Positions 1 through 7,569 of a stretch of DNA of 64,000 bases are shown piece by piece. Within the stretch, counting starts at the first letter, position 1, and each line of letters opens with the position of its first letter. A program made the position numbers and the translations under genes. Source of the stretch: an uncultured Bacteroidales bacterium (lineage in GTDB: Bacteria; Bacteroidota; Bacteroidia; Bacteroidales; WCHB1-69); NCBI GenBank assembly GCA_937949745.1, contig CALECM010000105.1:42877-106876 (forward strand). Direction: 5' to 3'. The notes under the pieces are model-generated. The model did not search any database. It saw only the letters and a list, made by a program, of their open reading frames with translations, and had not been told where the DNA came from.

Positions 1-397
1 GAGCTAACGCCATGAAACCGTGATCCTCGGCCGCTTTCAGATGCAGTTCGGTAGTCGCGCGGTTTCCACCGTAAGCCGTATTGGCATCGATAATAGTGCC
101 GTTAACCAATCTTACCAGATCCCCGATAAGTTCAGGCTTAAGGTAATTGTTCCCGCCGGGTTCTCCCATGCTCATCTTAACCGCAACTTTACCATGGGCC
201 TCCCGTCCGAGCGCCTCATAAATCTTAATCAGGTTTTGCGGTGTAATTTCTTTGATAAAATAAACGGTAGCTTCACCGCCGCTGACGTTTTCCCGGGATT
301 CATTCGGCATCGCTTTACTCTTGTTTGAATTGCAGGAAGTAGCGACCAGGGCACTTCCAAGCATGACAATAAGCGATAAAATGATCGATTTTTTCAT
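1..397 (-). CDS. DUF362-like lipoprotein, N-terminal part (gene continues beyond the left edge of the window)
   Basis: Absent from the ORF track because no stop lies in the window. Reverse-strand translation from the ATG at 395-397 stays open to base 1: MKKSIILSLIVMLGSALVATSCNSNKS...VYFIKEITPQNLIKIYEALGRE..GKVAVKMSMGEPGGNNYLKPELI..NTAYGGNR. Lipobox ATSC. The motif series matches my recollection of DUF362 proteins. This makes + strand ORF 20..328 spurious. Confidence 0.7.
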   Translation of the reverse strand, partial: MKKSIILSLIVMLGSALVATSCNSNKSKAMPNESRENVSGGEATVYFIKEITPQNLIKIYEALGREAHGKVAVKMSMGEPGGNNYLKPELIGDLVRLVNGTIIDANTAYGGNRATTELHLKAAEDHGFMALA

Positions 398-422
398 ATT
401 TTCCTTTTTAAATGTTATGATA

Positions 423-1037
423 TTATTTTAATAGCGGAAGTAACTCTTCCTCATATATTTTCCGGCTTATGATCCGGTAATGGGGAGCATAAGCGTCGTT
501 ATAAGCTTTGCTGTGATGACCTACATAGATACCTTCCTGCAGCTTTTTATTGATCTCCTCCAGGTCTGCTTCATAATCCGGTAACGATAGGTCCATCGAT
601 CTGATGACGGCTTCAATCCGGGACCATTCTTTTTTCCATTCATCCATAGAAACTTTCTCCGCTTCGTTAGCGCTTCTTATCAACGCATCCAACAGGAGTT
701 TCGCAGGAATAAGCCCGTTTTTAACGACCGACAGATTTACCCGGTAGAAATTGTGTTGCCATCCGGCCGGTTCAGCGGTTTCCCCCGTTATTTCCTGATA
801 AGCATCCAGTTCCCGACGGAGATAACGACCCGCGGCAGCCGTATCCTGAATAAGATGTCCGGGCCCGAACCTGTCCTGAAAGAAGTTTTTATAAATGTCC
901 TTGAGTGTCGATTCCGGATATTTTTCCATTTGATTTCGTACTGCCTCGCGTACCTGTTTTTCAAAATCATCATTACCTGCGGCCAACAGATTCGGAGTGA
1001 TCGCCATCAAAAATAAAATACAAAAAAACAGTCTCAT
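423..1037 (-). CDS. hypothetical secreted protein
   Basis: ORF track 423..1067. I prefer the internal Met at 1037 because MRLFFCILFLMAITPNLLAAG reads as a signal peptide. No family recognised. Confidence 0.55.
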   Translation of the reverse strand: MRLFFCILFLMAITPNLLAAGNDDFEKQVREAVRNQMEKYPESTLKDIYKNFFQDRFGPGHLIQDTAAAGRYLRRELDAYQEITGETAEPAGWQHNFYRVNLSVVKNGLIPAKLLLDALIRSANEAEKVSMDEWKKEWSRIEAVIRSMDLSLPDYEADLEEINKKLQEGIYVGHHSKAYNDAYAPHYRIISRKIYEEELLPLLK

Positions 1038-1272
1038 ATTCAGCATTATATAATCATAGAATTTCATGGTTAAATTATGGCCTATCCCATCATGAATACA
1101 GGCCCATAATCTTTGTCGCTGTAAAACTAATAATAATTATAATTAAAAGACATTATTCCATATTTTTTTAATAAATCTGATTAATACTTTAAAATATTTT
1201 TCCTGTATTACATGGGGACTCAATGTTATCCGATCCGATATTCGGATACGGAGGTTTTATTCCGATAATGAT

Positions 1273-1280
1273 TATCTTTG
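1273..1280 (+). promoter_or_regulatory. Bacteroidota -7 box (TAnnTTTG)
   Basis: TATCTTTG, 188 nt upstream of the MATE ATG at 1469. Confidence 0.45.
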
Positions 1281-1295
1281 CAGCAGTAATTCATT

Positions 1296-1400
1296 AGAGT
1301 TTTATTATGAAATGGCAACTCTGTATTTAGCTATCCTGCCTGAGGCATGCCGGGGAACCTCTCTCCGGTACTGATCGGTGTGCCTATTCCTTTACAGAGT
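1296..1400 (+). promoter_or_regulatory. candidate structured 5' leader (possible riboswitch or attenuator) of the MATE gene
   Basis: Nested pairings read directly from the sequence. P1 is 1318-1325 (actctgta) with 1393-1400 (tacagagt), 8 bp. P2 is 1343-1352 (aggcatgccg) with 1376-1385 (cggtgtgcct), 10 bp including 2 G-U. An alternative hairpin, 1296-1301 (agagtt) with 1317-1322 (aactct), competes with P1. Confidence 0.35.
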
Positions 1401-1468
1401 AATCAATCTATTTATTAACGATTCATGCCGCACTTATCACAGTGCCGCATCATATGCCTTTTATTAAA

Positions 1469-2788
1469 ATGAATTATACATATAAAAAAATCTGGCTTAT
1501 CAACCTGCCCATCATGGTGAGCCTGTTAATGGAACAATTAATCAACCTGACGGATTCTGTTTTCCTGGGACACGTCAGTCAAACCGATCTGGGGGCATCG
1601 GCTTTGGCCACGATGTATTATACCGCCGTTTATATGCTCGGTTTCGGGTTCAGCCTCGGCGCCCAGGTTGTGATCGCGAGGCGTAACGGTGAAGGAAAGC
1701 TTACGGACATTGGTAAAGTATTCTATCAGGCCCTTATTTTTTTATCGTTTTTCGCCGTTGTCGTTTTCCTGTTGTCCAAATTATTTTCACCCGCATTATT
1801 ACGGTTGTTTATTTCCTCGGATAATGTTTACCGGTCTGCGATGCGATATATCGAATGGAGGGACTACAGTTATCTTTTTGCCTTTCCGTTGCTGGCTATC
1901 CGGGCTTTTTTTATCGGGACGACCAATACGAAAGTGCTTACGGTCAATTCAATCATTATGGTCATTTGTAATATCCTTTTCAATTATTTACTGATCTTCG
2001 GAAAAGGCGGATTTCCCCGGCTGGGGATCAGCGGAGCCGCAATCGGATCATCGCTGGCCGGACTGGCAGGCCTGGTGTTCCTGATCATCTATATGTGGCT
2101 GCAGGTAGACAAAAAAAGATACGGATTACGGTTTATATTCGACTTCAGGTTGTCGCTCCGTCTTTTAAGCATATCCGTCTGGACGATGATCAGGTCGTTT
2201 TTTTCCATCGCGCCGTGGTTTCTCTTTTTCGTCGTGATCGAACATTTAGGGGAACTCGAATTGGCAGCCGCCAATATCGTAAGAAGTATCTCCATGATTT
2301 TTTTTGTGATCGTCAACTCATTTGCCACAACCACGATCTCATTAGTCAGTACCCTGATCGGCGCCGGGCAGCCTGAAAAAGTGATGCCGGCATGCCGCAG
2401 GGTTATCAGGCTCAATTACGCCATCGGCATCCCGCTGATATTGCTGGCATTGATTTTTTCGGAAAATATTCTACGGCTGTTCACACCTGATCCGGAGGTT
2501 ATCCGGACGGCATTTTATCCTTTCTGCGTCATGCTGTCCACCTTCATTCTTTCCGTTCCGGCATACATCTATTGTAATACGGTGATCGGAACCGGAAACA
2601 CTAAAACAGCCTTTATCTTCCAGATGATCAATATTGTGGTTTATCTGATTTATCTTTCCATCCTGTCCCGGATTTCTCAGATTCCGCTCGCGGTATACTG
2701 GACAGCGGAACAACTTTACGTTATGGTATTGCTTATTCTTTCCCTGCTATATCTGAAGCGGAACAAATGGCAAAATAAGAATTTATGA
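1469..2788 (+). CDS. MATE family efflux transporter
   Basis: ORF 1442..2788. About 12 hydrophobic segments. N-terminal KKIWLINLPIM..EQLINLTDSVFLGH is typical of MatE domains. Start at Met 1469 (MNYTYKK) preferred. Confidence 0.8.
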   Translation: MNYTYKKIWLINLPIMVSLLMEQLINLTDSVFLGHVSQTDLGASALATMYYTAVYMLGFGFSLGAQVVIARRNGEGKLTDIGKVFYQALIFLSFFAVVVFLLSKLFSPALLRLFISSDNVYRSAMRYIEWRDYSYLFAFPLLAIRAFFIGTTNTKVLTVNSIIMVICNILFNYLLIFGKGGFPRLGISGAAIGSSLAGLAGLVFLIIYMWLQVDKKRYGLRFIFDFRLSLRLLSISVWTMIRSFFSIAPWFLFFVVIEHLGELELAAANIVRSISMIFFVIVNSFATTTISLVSTLIGAGQPEKVMPACRRVIRLNYAIGIPLILLALIFSENILRLFTPDPEVIRTAFYPFCVMLSTFILSVPAYIYCNTVIGTGNTKTAFIFQMINIVVYLIYLSILSRISQIPLAVYWTAEQLYVMVLLILSLLYLKRNKWQNKNL

Positions 2789-2804
2789 TTATTGGAATAA
2801 GATG

Positions 2805-2823
2805 CTGAGCGAAGCGAAGGATG
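2805..2823. repeat. half-copy of the dispersed palindromic repeat family (consensus about GTCATCCTGAGCGAAGCGAAGGATC)
   Basis: ctgagcgaagcgaaggatg. Its inverted partner lies about 550 bp away at 3370-3395. Confidence 0.6.
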
Positions 2824-2922
2824 AAAACACGAGGAAGCCATAATTCATTGATTCAACAGTTTCGGCAATGGATGACAAATTTATGTATCTTAATATCCAA
2901 AACAATAGTTTAAGAATATTCC

Positions 2923-2950
2923 ATACTTTTTTCCTTGATGAAAAAAGTAT
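2923..2950. repeat. perfect 10-bp-stem hairpin
   Basis: atactttttt (2923-2932) / aaaaaagtat (2941-2950), 8-nt loop. Confidence 0.7.
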
Positions 2951-3017
2951 CAAAAAAATCAAGGCAAAAGAATGCTCCCCTCTCTGCAAAATCTCTAACC
3001 AGCCCGGAAAGGCAGAC

Positions 3018-3061
3018 GCAAAAAGAAGGCCCGCACATCTTCCGGAAAATCTTCTTTTTGC
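3018..3061. repeat. perfect 11-bp-stem hairpin
   Basis: gcaaaaagaag (3018-3028) / cttctttttgc (3051-3061), 22-nt loop. Confidence 0.7.
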
Positions 3062-3231
3062 TATATGCTCACTCACGTTCGCATCCTTTCCGTCCTGTAA
3101 GAATTTTGCATTCACACGCTGCGGCCTCTCCTTTTGCCTTCCTCACGCATTAACTGTTGAAAAATATAGAACTCGACTTCCCCGATGCTGAAGTGGTCAC
3201 TTTAAATTTTAATGCGTGAAAAATGAAGGTT

Positions 3232-3298
3232 CTTTGGCGTAAAAAACTGCAAACTGTTTAAGGAGCATCAGCGACAAGTTTTTGCAGTTTAGCCAAAG
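3232..3298. repeat. long imperfect palindrome
   Basis: Outer stem ctttggc (3232-3238) / gccaaag (3292-3298). Inner stem aaactgcaaa (3244-3253) / tttgcagttt (3281-3290). Confidence 0.65.
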
Positions 3299-3369
3299 GT
3301 TCTTAGATTTTGATAATATGAAGCCGACCAGCTCAGGGAGCGGGTGTTATCTCCCTCATTATACTTTTA

Positions 3370-3395
3370 GATCCTTCGCTTCCGCTCAGGATGAC
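3370..3395. repeat. half-copy (inverted orientation) of the dispersed palindromic repeat family
   Basis: gatccttcgcttccgctcaggatgac. Confidence 0.6.
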
Positions 3396-3496
3396 AATAT
3401 GAGAAGATCTCATCTCCGTTGATTGAATCCACTTAAAAGTAGGTCAGGAACTCCAGGTATGATATAAAATCAGAGAGGGGAAATCCAAAAAAACTC

Positions 3497-3504
3497 TATC
3501 TTTG
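3497..3504 (+). promoter_or_regulatory. Bacteroidota -7 box (TAnnTTTG)
   Basis: TATCTTTG, 44 nt upstream of ATG 3549. Confidence 0.5.
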
Positions 3505-3548
3505 TTGGGAATAAATTTTCTAACCAGAAATTTACTACTATCCAAATT

Positions 3549-4913
3549 ATGAAAAAGACCATATTCCTTTTGTTGTTATCGATATTTTTTCTGGAAGGAT
3601 GCAAAAAGAAGGAAAATACGGATAAAGAACCGTTAGGATATGATTATTATGTAGCTATAGACGGACATGACCAAAATCCAGGCACTTTTGAAAAACCTTT
3701 CAGAACCATCCAAAAAGCCGTGCAACAGGCAGAACCCGGCAATATTATTTGTATCATGGAAGGAAAATACCCGGAAAAGATTGCCATCACGAATTCCGGC
3801 ACACCTGAAAAATATATTACGCTGCGTTCCTATCCGGACGACGAGGTGATCATCGACGGAACCGGCATAGAACTTCTTATACCCGACCAGGCGCTGATCC
3901 GTTTTGAAGATGCACACTATTTTAAAATCGAAGGGATCACCATCCGGAATTCAAAGTCCTGCGGAATTTACGGAAAGAACGGATCTTCCAATATCGTCAT
4001 TGAGAAGTGTACCGTAAAAAATTGTATCGCCCCGGGAATTTGTTTCGGCGCCGACTTTATCGGGACTGAAAACATAAAAGTACTACGCAATTGGGTGGAT
4101 AACTGCTCGCAATACAGTCGTGAAGCGATATCCTTACGTACAGTGGATAAATTTGAAATAGCATACAATAAAGTAACCAATGTGTTGAAAGAAAGTATCG
4201 ATGTAAAATCAGGATGCAGGAACGGTTCCATCCACCACAACGAAATCGTGAACTCAGGGCTGAGCGCGGCCATTTACCTGGACGCGGGATATGCAGATAA
4301 GCCCGTTAATGACGGACAATATAATATCCATGTTTACCAGAATAAGATTGTTAATCCTTTTACCATAGGCATATCTATTGCTTCGGAAATGGGTAATGTC
4401 TGCCGCGATATCCACGTCTACAATAACCTCATCTACGACCTGAATAAAGGACAGGGCTCCGGTATTAAGGTGGCTGACCACACGGATGACAACAGTACGC
4501 ACATAGGACACCTGGAAGACATTTATATCTATAATAATACGGTGTATGGCCGGGCACAACAAGGTATTTATGTGAATATGCCGTCTATCAAAAATATTGT
4601 GATCCGTAATAACATTTCAGTCAATAACTGGATCCCCATTAAGATCAAAGAAGGTGTCGGGATCGATGTGTCGGAGGTAATTATTGAAAACAACCTCAGT
4701 TACGGTTCCTTGCAAACCGGTGATTTCGGAATTAATCCAGTCCTGGAAGATCCCCAATTCGTAAATATTAACGAAGGTAATTTCGAGTTGAAAAGAACTT
4801 CGCCGGCTATCGACAGGGGAATCGCAAACGGAGCACCGCGTATAGACTTTAAAGGAACTCCCCGTCCGCAGGGAAACGGATATGACATCGGCGCTTTCGA
4901 ATATGTAAATTAA
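3549..4913 (+). CDS. lipoprotein with right-handed parallel beta-helix repeats (pectate-lyase fold, DUF1565-like N-terminus)
   Basis: MKKTIFLLLLSIFFLEGC lipobox. YYVAIDGHDQNPGTFEKPFRTIQKAV. Repeated short N/I/V-rich rungs. C-terminal GYDIGAFEY. Confidence 0.7.
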   Translation: MKKTIFLLLLSIFFLEGCKKKENTDKEPLGYDYYVAIDGHDQNPGTFEKPFRTIQKAVQQAEPGNIICIMEGKYPEKIAITNSGTPEKYITLRSYPDDEVIIDGTGIELLIPDQALIRFEDAHYFKIEGITIRNSKSCGIYGKNGSSNIVIEKCTVKNCIAPGICFGADFIGTENIKVLRNWVDNCSQYSREAISLRTVDKFEIAYNKVTNVLKESIDVKSGCRNGSIHHNEIVNSGLSAAIYLDAGYADKPVNDGQYNIHVYQNKIVNPFTIGISIASEMGNVCRDIHVYNNLIYDLNKGQGSGIKVADHTDDNSTHIGHLEDIYIYNNTVYGRAQQGIYVNMPSIKNIVIRNNISVNNWIPIKIKEGVGIDVSEVIIENNLSYGSLQTGDFGINPVLEDPQFVNINEGNFELKRTSPAIDRGIANGAPRIDFKGTPRPQGNGYDIGAFEYVN

Positions 4914-5007
4914 AAGGCCTTTTCCTGTTTTCAGAATTTTCTGAACCAATTCCAATATTACCCGATAAAAAAACTATTTTGGACAACTCCATCCGGAATA
5001 GTCATTG

Positions 5008-5015
5008 TATTTTTG
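5008..5015 (+). promoter_or_regulatory. Bacteroidota -7 box (TAnnTTTG)
   Basis: TATTTTTG, only 7 nt upstream of ATG 5023. Implies a leaderless or near-leaderless mRNA. Confidence 0.45.
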
Positions 5016-5022
5016 TAGTACA

Positions 5023-6174
5023 ATGAATTATGAAATCTATAACAGCGATTATTGCCAGAGTTGCGGTATGCCTCTCCGGTTCGATGTGGAAGAATACCTG
5101 GGAACCAATGCAGATCATACCCCGAGCCATGAATATTGCTACTATTGCCTGAAAGACGGGAAATACGTAGTGGATATTCCCATGGAAGAAATGGTTGATA
5201 TTTGGGTGAAATATACCGGCAAGTATAATGAATATGCCGGGACTAAATATACCCCGTCGGAATTACGGACTTTATTGAATAAAAGACTCCCCACTTTAAA
5301 ACGCTGGAAGCAAAAGCTCACTACGCGTAATGTTCATCAGGAAGCGGTAAGAAAGATCAAAAATTATATCAGTCAAAACCTTTTCTCCCCGATCAATCCT
5401 CTCCATTTGTGCGAAACCGCACATCTTTCCCTTTATCATTTCCGTAAAATCTTCAAGGATATTACCGGAGAAAATATCGGAAGTTATATCCAGCGGCTGC
5501 GGCTGGAATATGTGGCTCATCATCTTTTATTCACTTCCCTGTCAATAATTGATATCCTGAAACAGACCAATTACCAGACAAAACACAGTCTATCCAAAGC
5601 TTTCAAAAATCATTTCGGTCTTTCCATGACGGATTACCGGAAACGTTATCAATATTATTCAAAAACAAACGAGCCATGGTCTTACCTCCCTCTGACTATT
5701 CCTCAGGTAAGGCGTTTGCCTGCCTTCAGGGCGCTTTGTTATCCGGTAGAAAATGCCTATCTCAATAAAGACCACTACCGGGCAGTGTGGCACAAAATCG
5801 TCCGTTACCGGGAAAAATACGGAAACCACGACGAAAAACCACAATATATAAGTATCAGTATGGATAATCCGCTGATCACCCCACCGGAAAAATGCCGCTT
5901 TTATTTAGGGACTTTAACAGAAGGAGAATCCGGAGTTAAAGGCGGATTCAGTGAAATAGAAATTCCGGGAGGATTATTTGCGGTTTTCAGGCACAGCGGA
6001 AACTATTCTTTCCTGCCTGAATTGTACCGGTATATCCATCAGCAGTGGCTTCCCCAAAGTAATTATATGCGACGGTCACCCATGAGTTTCGAACATTACA
6101 TGAACAATCCGAAAAACACAGAACCGGCAGCATTACTTACGGAGATATATATTCCCGTTGATAAAAAATACTAA
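5023..6174 (+). CDS. AraC-family regulator with N-terminal zinc-ribbon module and C-terminal GyrI-like effector domain
   Basis: ORF 5005..6174; Met at 5023 preferred because the -7 box overlaps the earlier start. CQSCGMPL...EYCYYCLKDGKY zinc ribbon. AraC HTH (LSLYHFRKIFKDITGENIGSYIQRLRLEYVAHHL...KAFKNHFGLSMTDYRKR). GyrI-like tail (GGLFAVFRHSGNYSFLPELYRYIHQQWLP...TEIYIPV). Confidence 0.75.
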   Translation: MNYEIYNSDYCQSCGMPLRFDVEEYLGTNADHTPSHEYCYYCLKDGKYVVDIPMEEMVDIWVKYTGKYNEYAGTKYTPSELRTLLNKRLPTLKRWKQKLTTRNVHQEAVRKIKNYISQNLFSPINPLHLCETAHLSLYHFRKIFKDITGENIGSYIQRLRLEYVAHHLLFTSLSIIDILKQTNYQTKHSLSKAFKNHFGLSMTDYRKRYQYYSKTNEPWSYLPLTIPQVRRLPAFRALCYPVENAYLNKDHYRAVWHKIVRYREKYGNHDEKPQYISISMDNPLITPPEKCRFYLGTLTEGESGVKGGFSEIEIPGGLFAVFRHSGNYSFLPELYRYIHQQWLPQSNYMRRSPMSFEHYMNNPKNTEPAALLTEIYIPVDKKY

Positions 6175-6184
6175 AACCGAGATT

Positions 6185-7009
6185 ATGATAGAATTACCAG
6201 AAGCCCTGACATTAGCCAGGCAGTCAAACGAAATACTCGCCGGTAAAAAAGTCGTTCATGTCTTTAATGCCACCAAATTACACCGGTTTACTTTTTTTCA
6301 TGATGATCCGTTGGAATATGATACGCAACTCAGGGGAAAGACCATCGAATCGGCGAAAGGATACGGTATATTTGTCGATCTTGTTTTTACCGGAGGAACA
6401 ATATTAAGTATTGGCGACGGTACTAATATGAAATATGGAAATCCGGGCGATACAATCCCGGCTCATTATCAGTTACTGATTACTTTTGAAGATGAATCTT
6501 TTCTGGTATTCACGGTTGCTATGTACGGTTCCATCGGTGTATACCCCGACGGAATCATCGAAGAAAAATACCACACGTTGAGCGCCTCCGGTATCTCTCC
6601 GCTGAGCGGGAACTATACTGAAGAAATTTTTCGAAAACTCTTTACCGGAACCAAAAAAGATCTGTCGGCCAAAGCATTGCTCGCCACCGAACAGCGTATC
6701 CCCGGTGTCGGGAACGGCGTATTGCAGGATATTCTGTTCAATGCCCGGATCCATCCTAAACGGAAAATATCCACTTTTTCCGAAAAGGACAGATCGGTGC
6801 TTTTCCGTTCTTTAAAAACTACCTTACAGGAAATGACCGATCTAAACGGACGGGATACCCAGAAAGATCTCTTAGGTAATAACGGGGTTTATAAAACTAT
6901 TTTATCCGCCAAAACCTGGAAAAATCCCTGCCCTGTTTGCGGAGGCGAAATCGTGAAAGAAAATTTCCTTGGCGGGACCATTTATTACTGTCCGGCCTGC
7001 CAGTTATAA
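6185..7009 (+). CDS. Fpg/Nei-family DNA glycosylase-like protein (H2TH plus C-terminal zinc finger), N-terminus MIELPEA
   Basis: ORF 6158..7009; Met at 6185 gives MIELPEA, aligned to the canonical MPELPEV. H2TH-like EQRIPGVGNGVLQDILFNARIHPKRK. Zinc finger CPVCGG...YYCPACQ. Confidence 0.65.
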   Translation: MIELPEALTLARQSNEILAGKKVVHVFNATKLHRFTFFHDDPLEYDTQLRGKTIESAKGYGIFVDLVFTGGTILSIGDGTNMKYGNPGDTIPAHYQLLITFEDESFLVFTVAMYGSIGVYPDGIIEEKYHTLSASGISPLSGNYTEEIFRKLFTGTKKDLSAKALLATEQRIPGVGNGVLQDILFNARIHPKRKISTFSEKDRSVLFRSLKTTLQEMTDLNGRDTQKDLLGNNGVYKTILSAKTWKNPCPVCGGEIVKENFLGGTIYYCPACQL

Positions 7010-7035
7010 ACTTATCCTTATCATAAAAACAAAAT

Positions 7036-7506
7036 ATGGCAAAATTAACAGATATTATGTTATTACAACAGCCGGCACAGCCGGCCCTTATTCTTGAAAA
7101 GCGTGGGAGTATCAACAATTTCAGCCGACTGATCGGCGAAGGCTTTCAGAGGATAGGCTCTTATATGGAAGAACTCGGAGAACTTCCGACGGATATTCCC
7201 AGTGTGGAGTACCCGGCTTACGAGGAAATGACTGATGATAATATCGGATTGATCATAACATTTTACACTCTCCGATCTCTTCCGGGAAAAGGCGACATCC
7301 GGTCCGTAACCATTCCAGCAAGGAAGATGATCGCCTGTCTTCATCAGGGCAGTTACGACGCTTTGGCTCACCTATACCGGGAAATGGCCGAATGGATCCG
7401 GCAAAAGGGATATGAACCTACCGGCACCAGTATCGAACACTATTACACCGGTCCGGAAACCCCCGAAGCGGAACAGATCACCCGTATCGTAATGCCGCTA
7501 AAATAG
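7036..7506 (+). CDS. GyrI-like small-molecule-binding domain protein
   Basis: 156 aa. The pattern ..ACLHQGSYDALAHLYREMAEWIRQKGYEPTGTSIEHYYTGP...ITRIVMPL is typical of SbmC/GyrI-like effector-binding domains. Lies 26 nt after the Fpg-like gene. Confidence 0.6.
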   Translation: MAKLTDIMLLQQPAQPALILEKRGSINNFSRLIGEGFQRIGSYMEELGELPTDIPSVEYPAYEEMTDDNIGLIITFYTLRSLPGKGDIRSVTIPARKMIACLHQGSYDALAHLYREMAEWIRQKGYEPTGTSIEHYYTGPETPEAEQITRIVMPLK

Positions 7507-7569
7507 AAATTCCGTATCGGAAAACCATATCCGGGAAAAAAGAAATAAGCATTATTTTAAGGTGCTATT

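Noticed and set aside
20-328. 102-aa + strand ORF at the left edge
   Set aside because: The opposite strand encodes a convincing DUF362-like lipoprotein N-terminus that is open to base 1. The + ORF has no recognisable features.
2789-3191. 108-, 107- and 72-aa ORFs in the MATE/beta-helix intergenic region
   Set aside because: They are mutually overlapping, low-complexity and run through perfect hairpins and repeat halves. I treated the region as non-coding.
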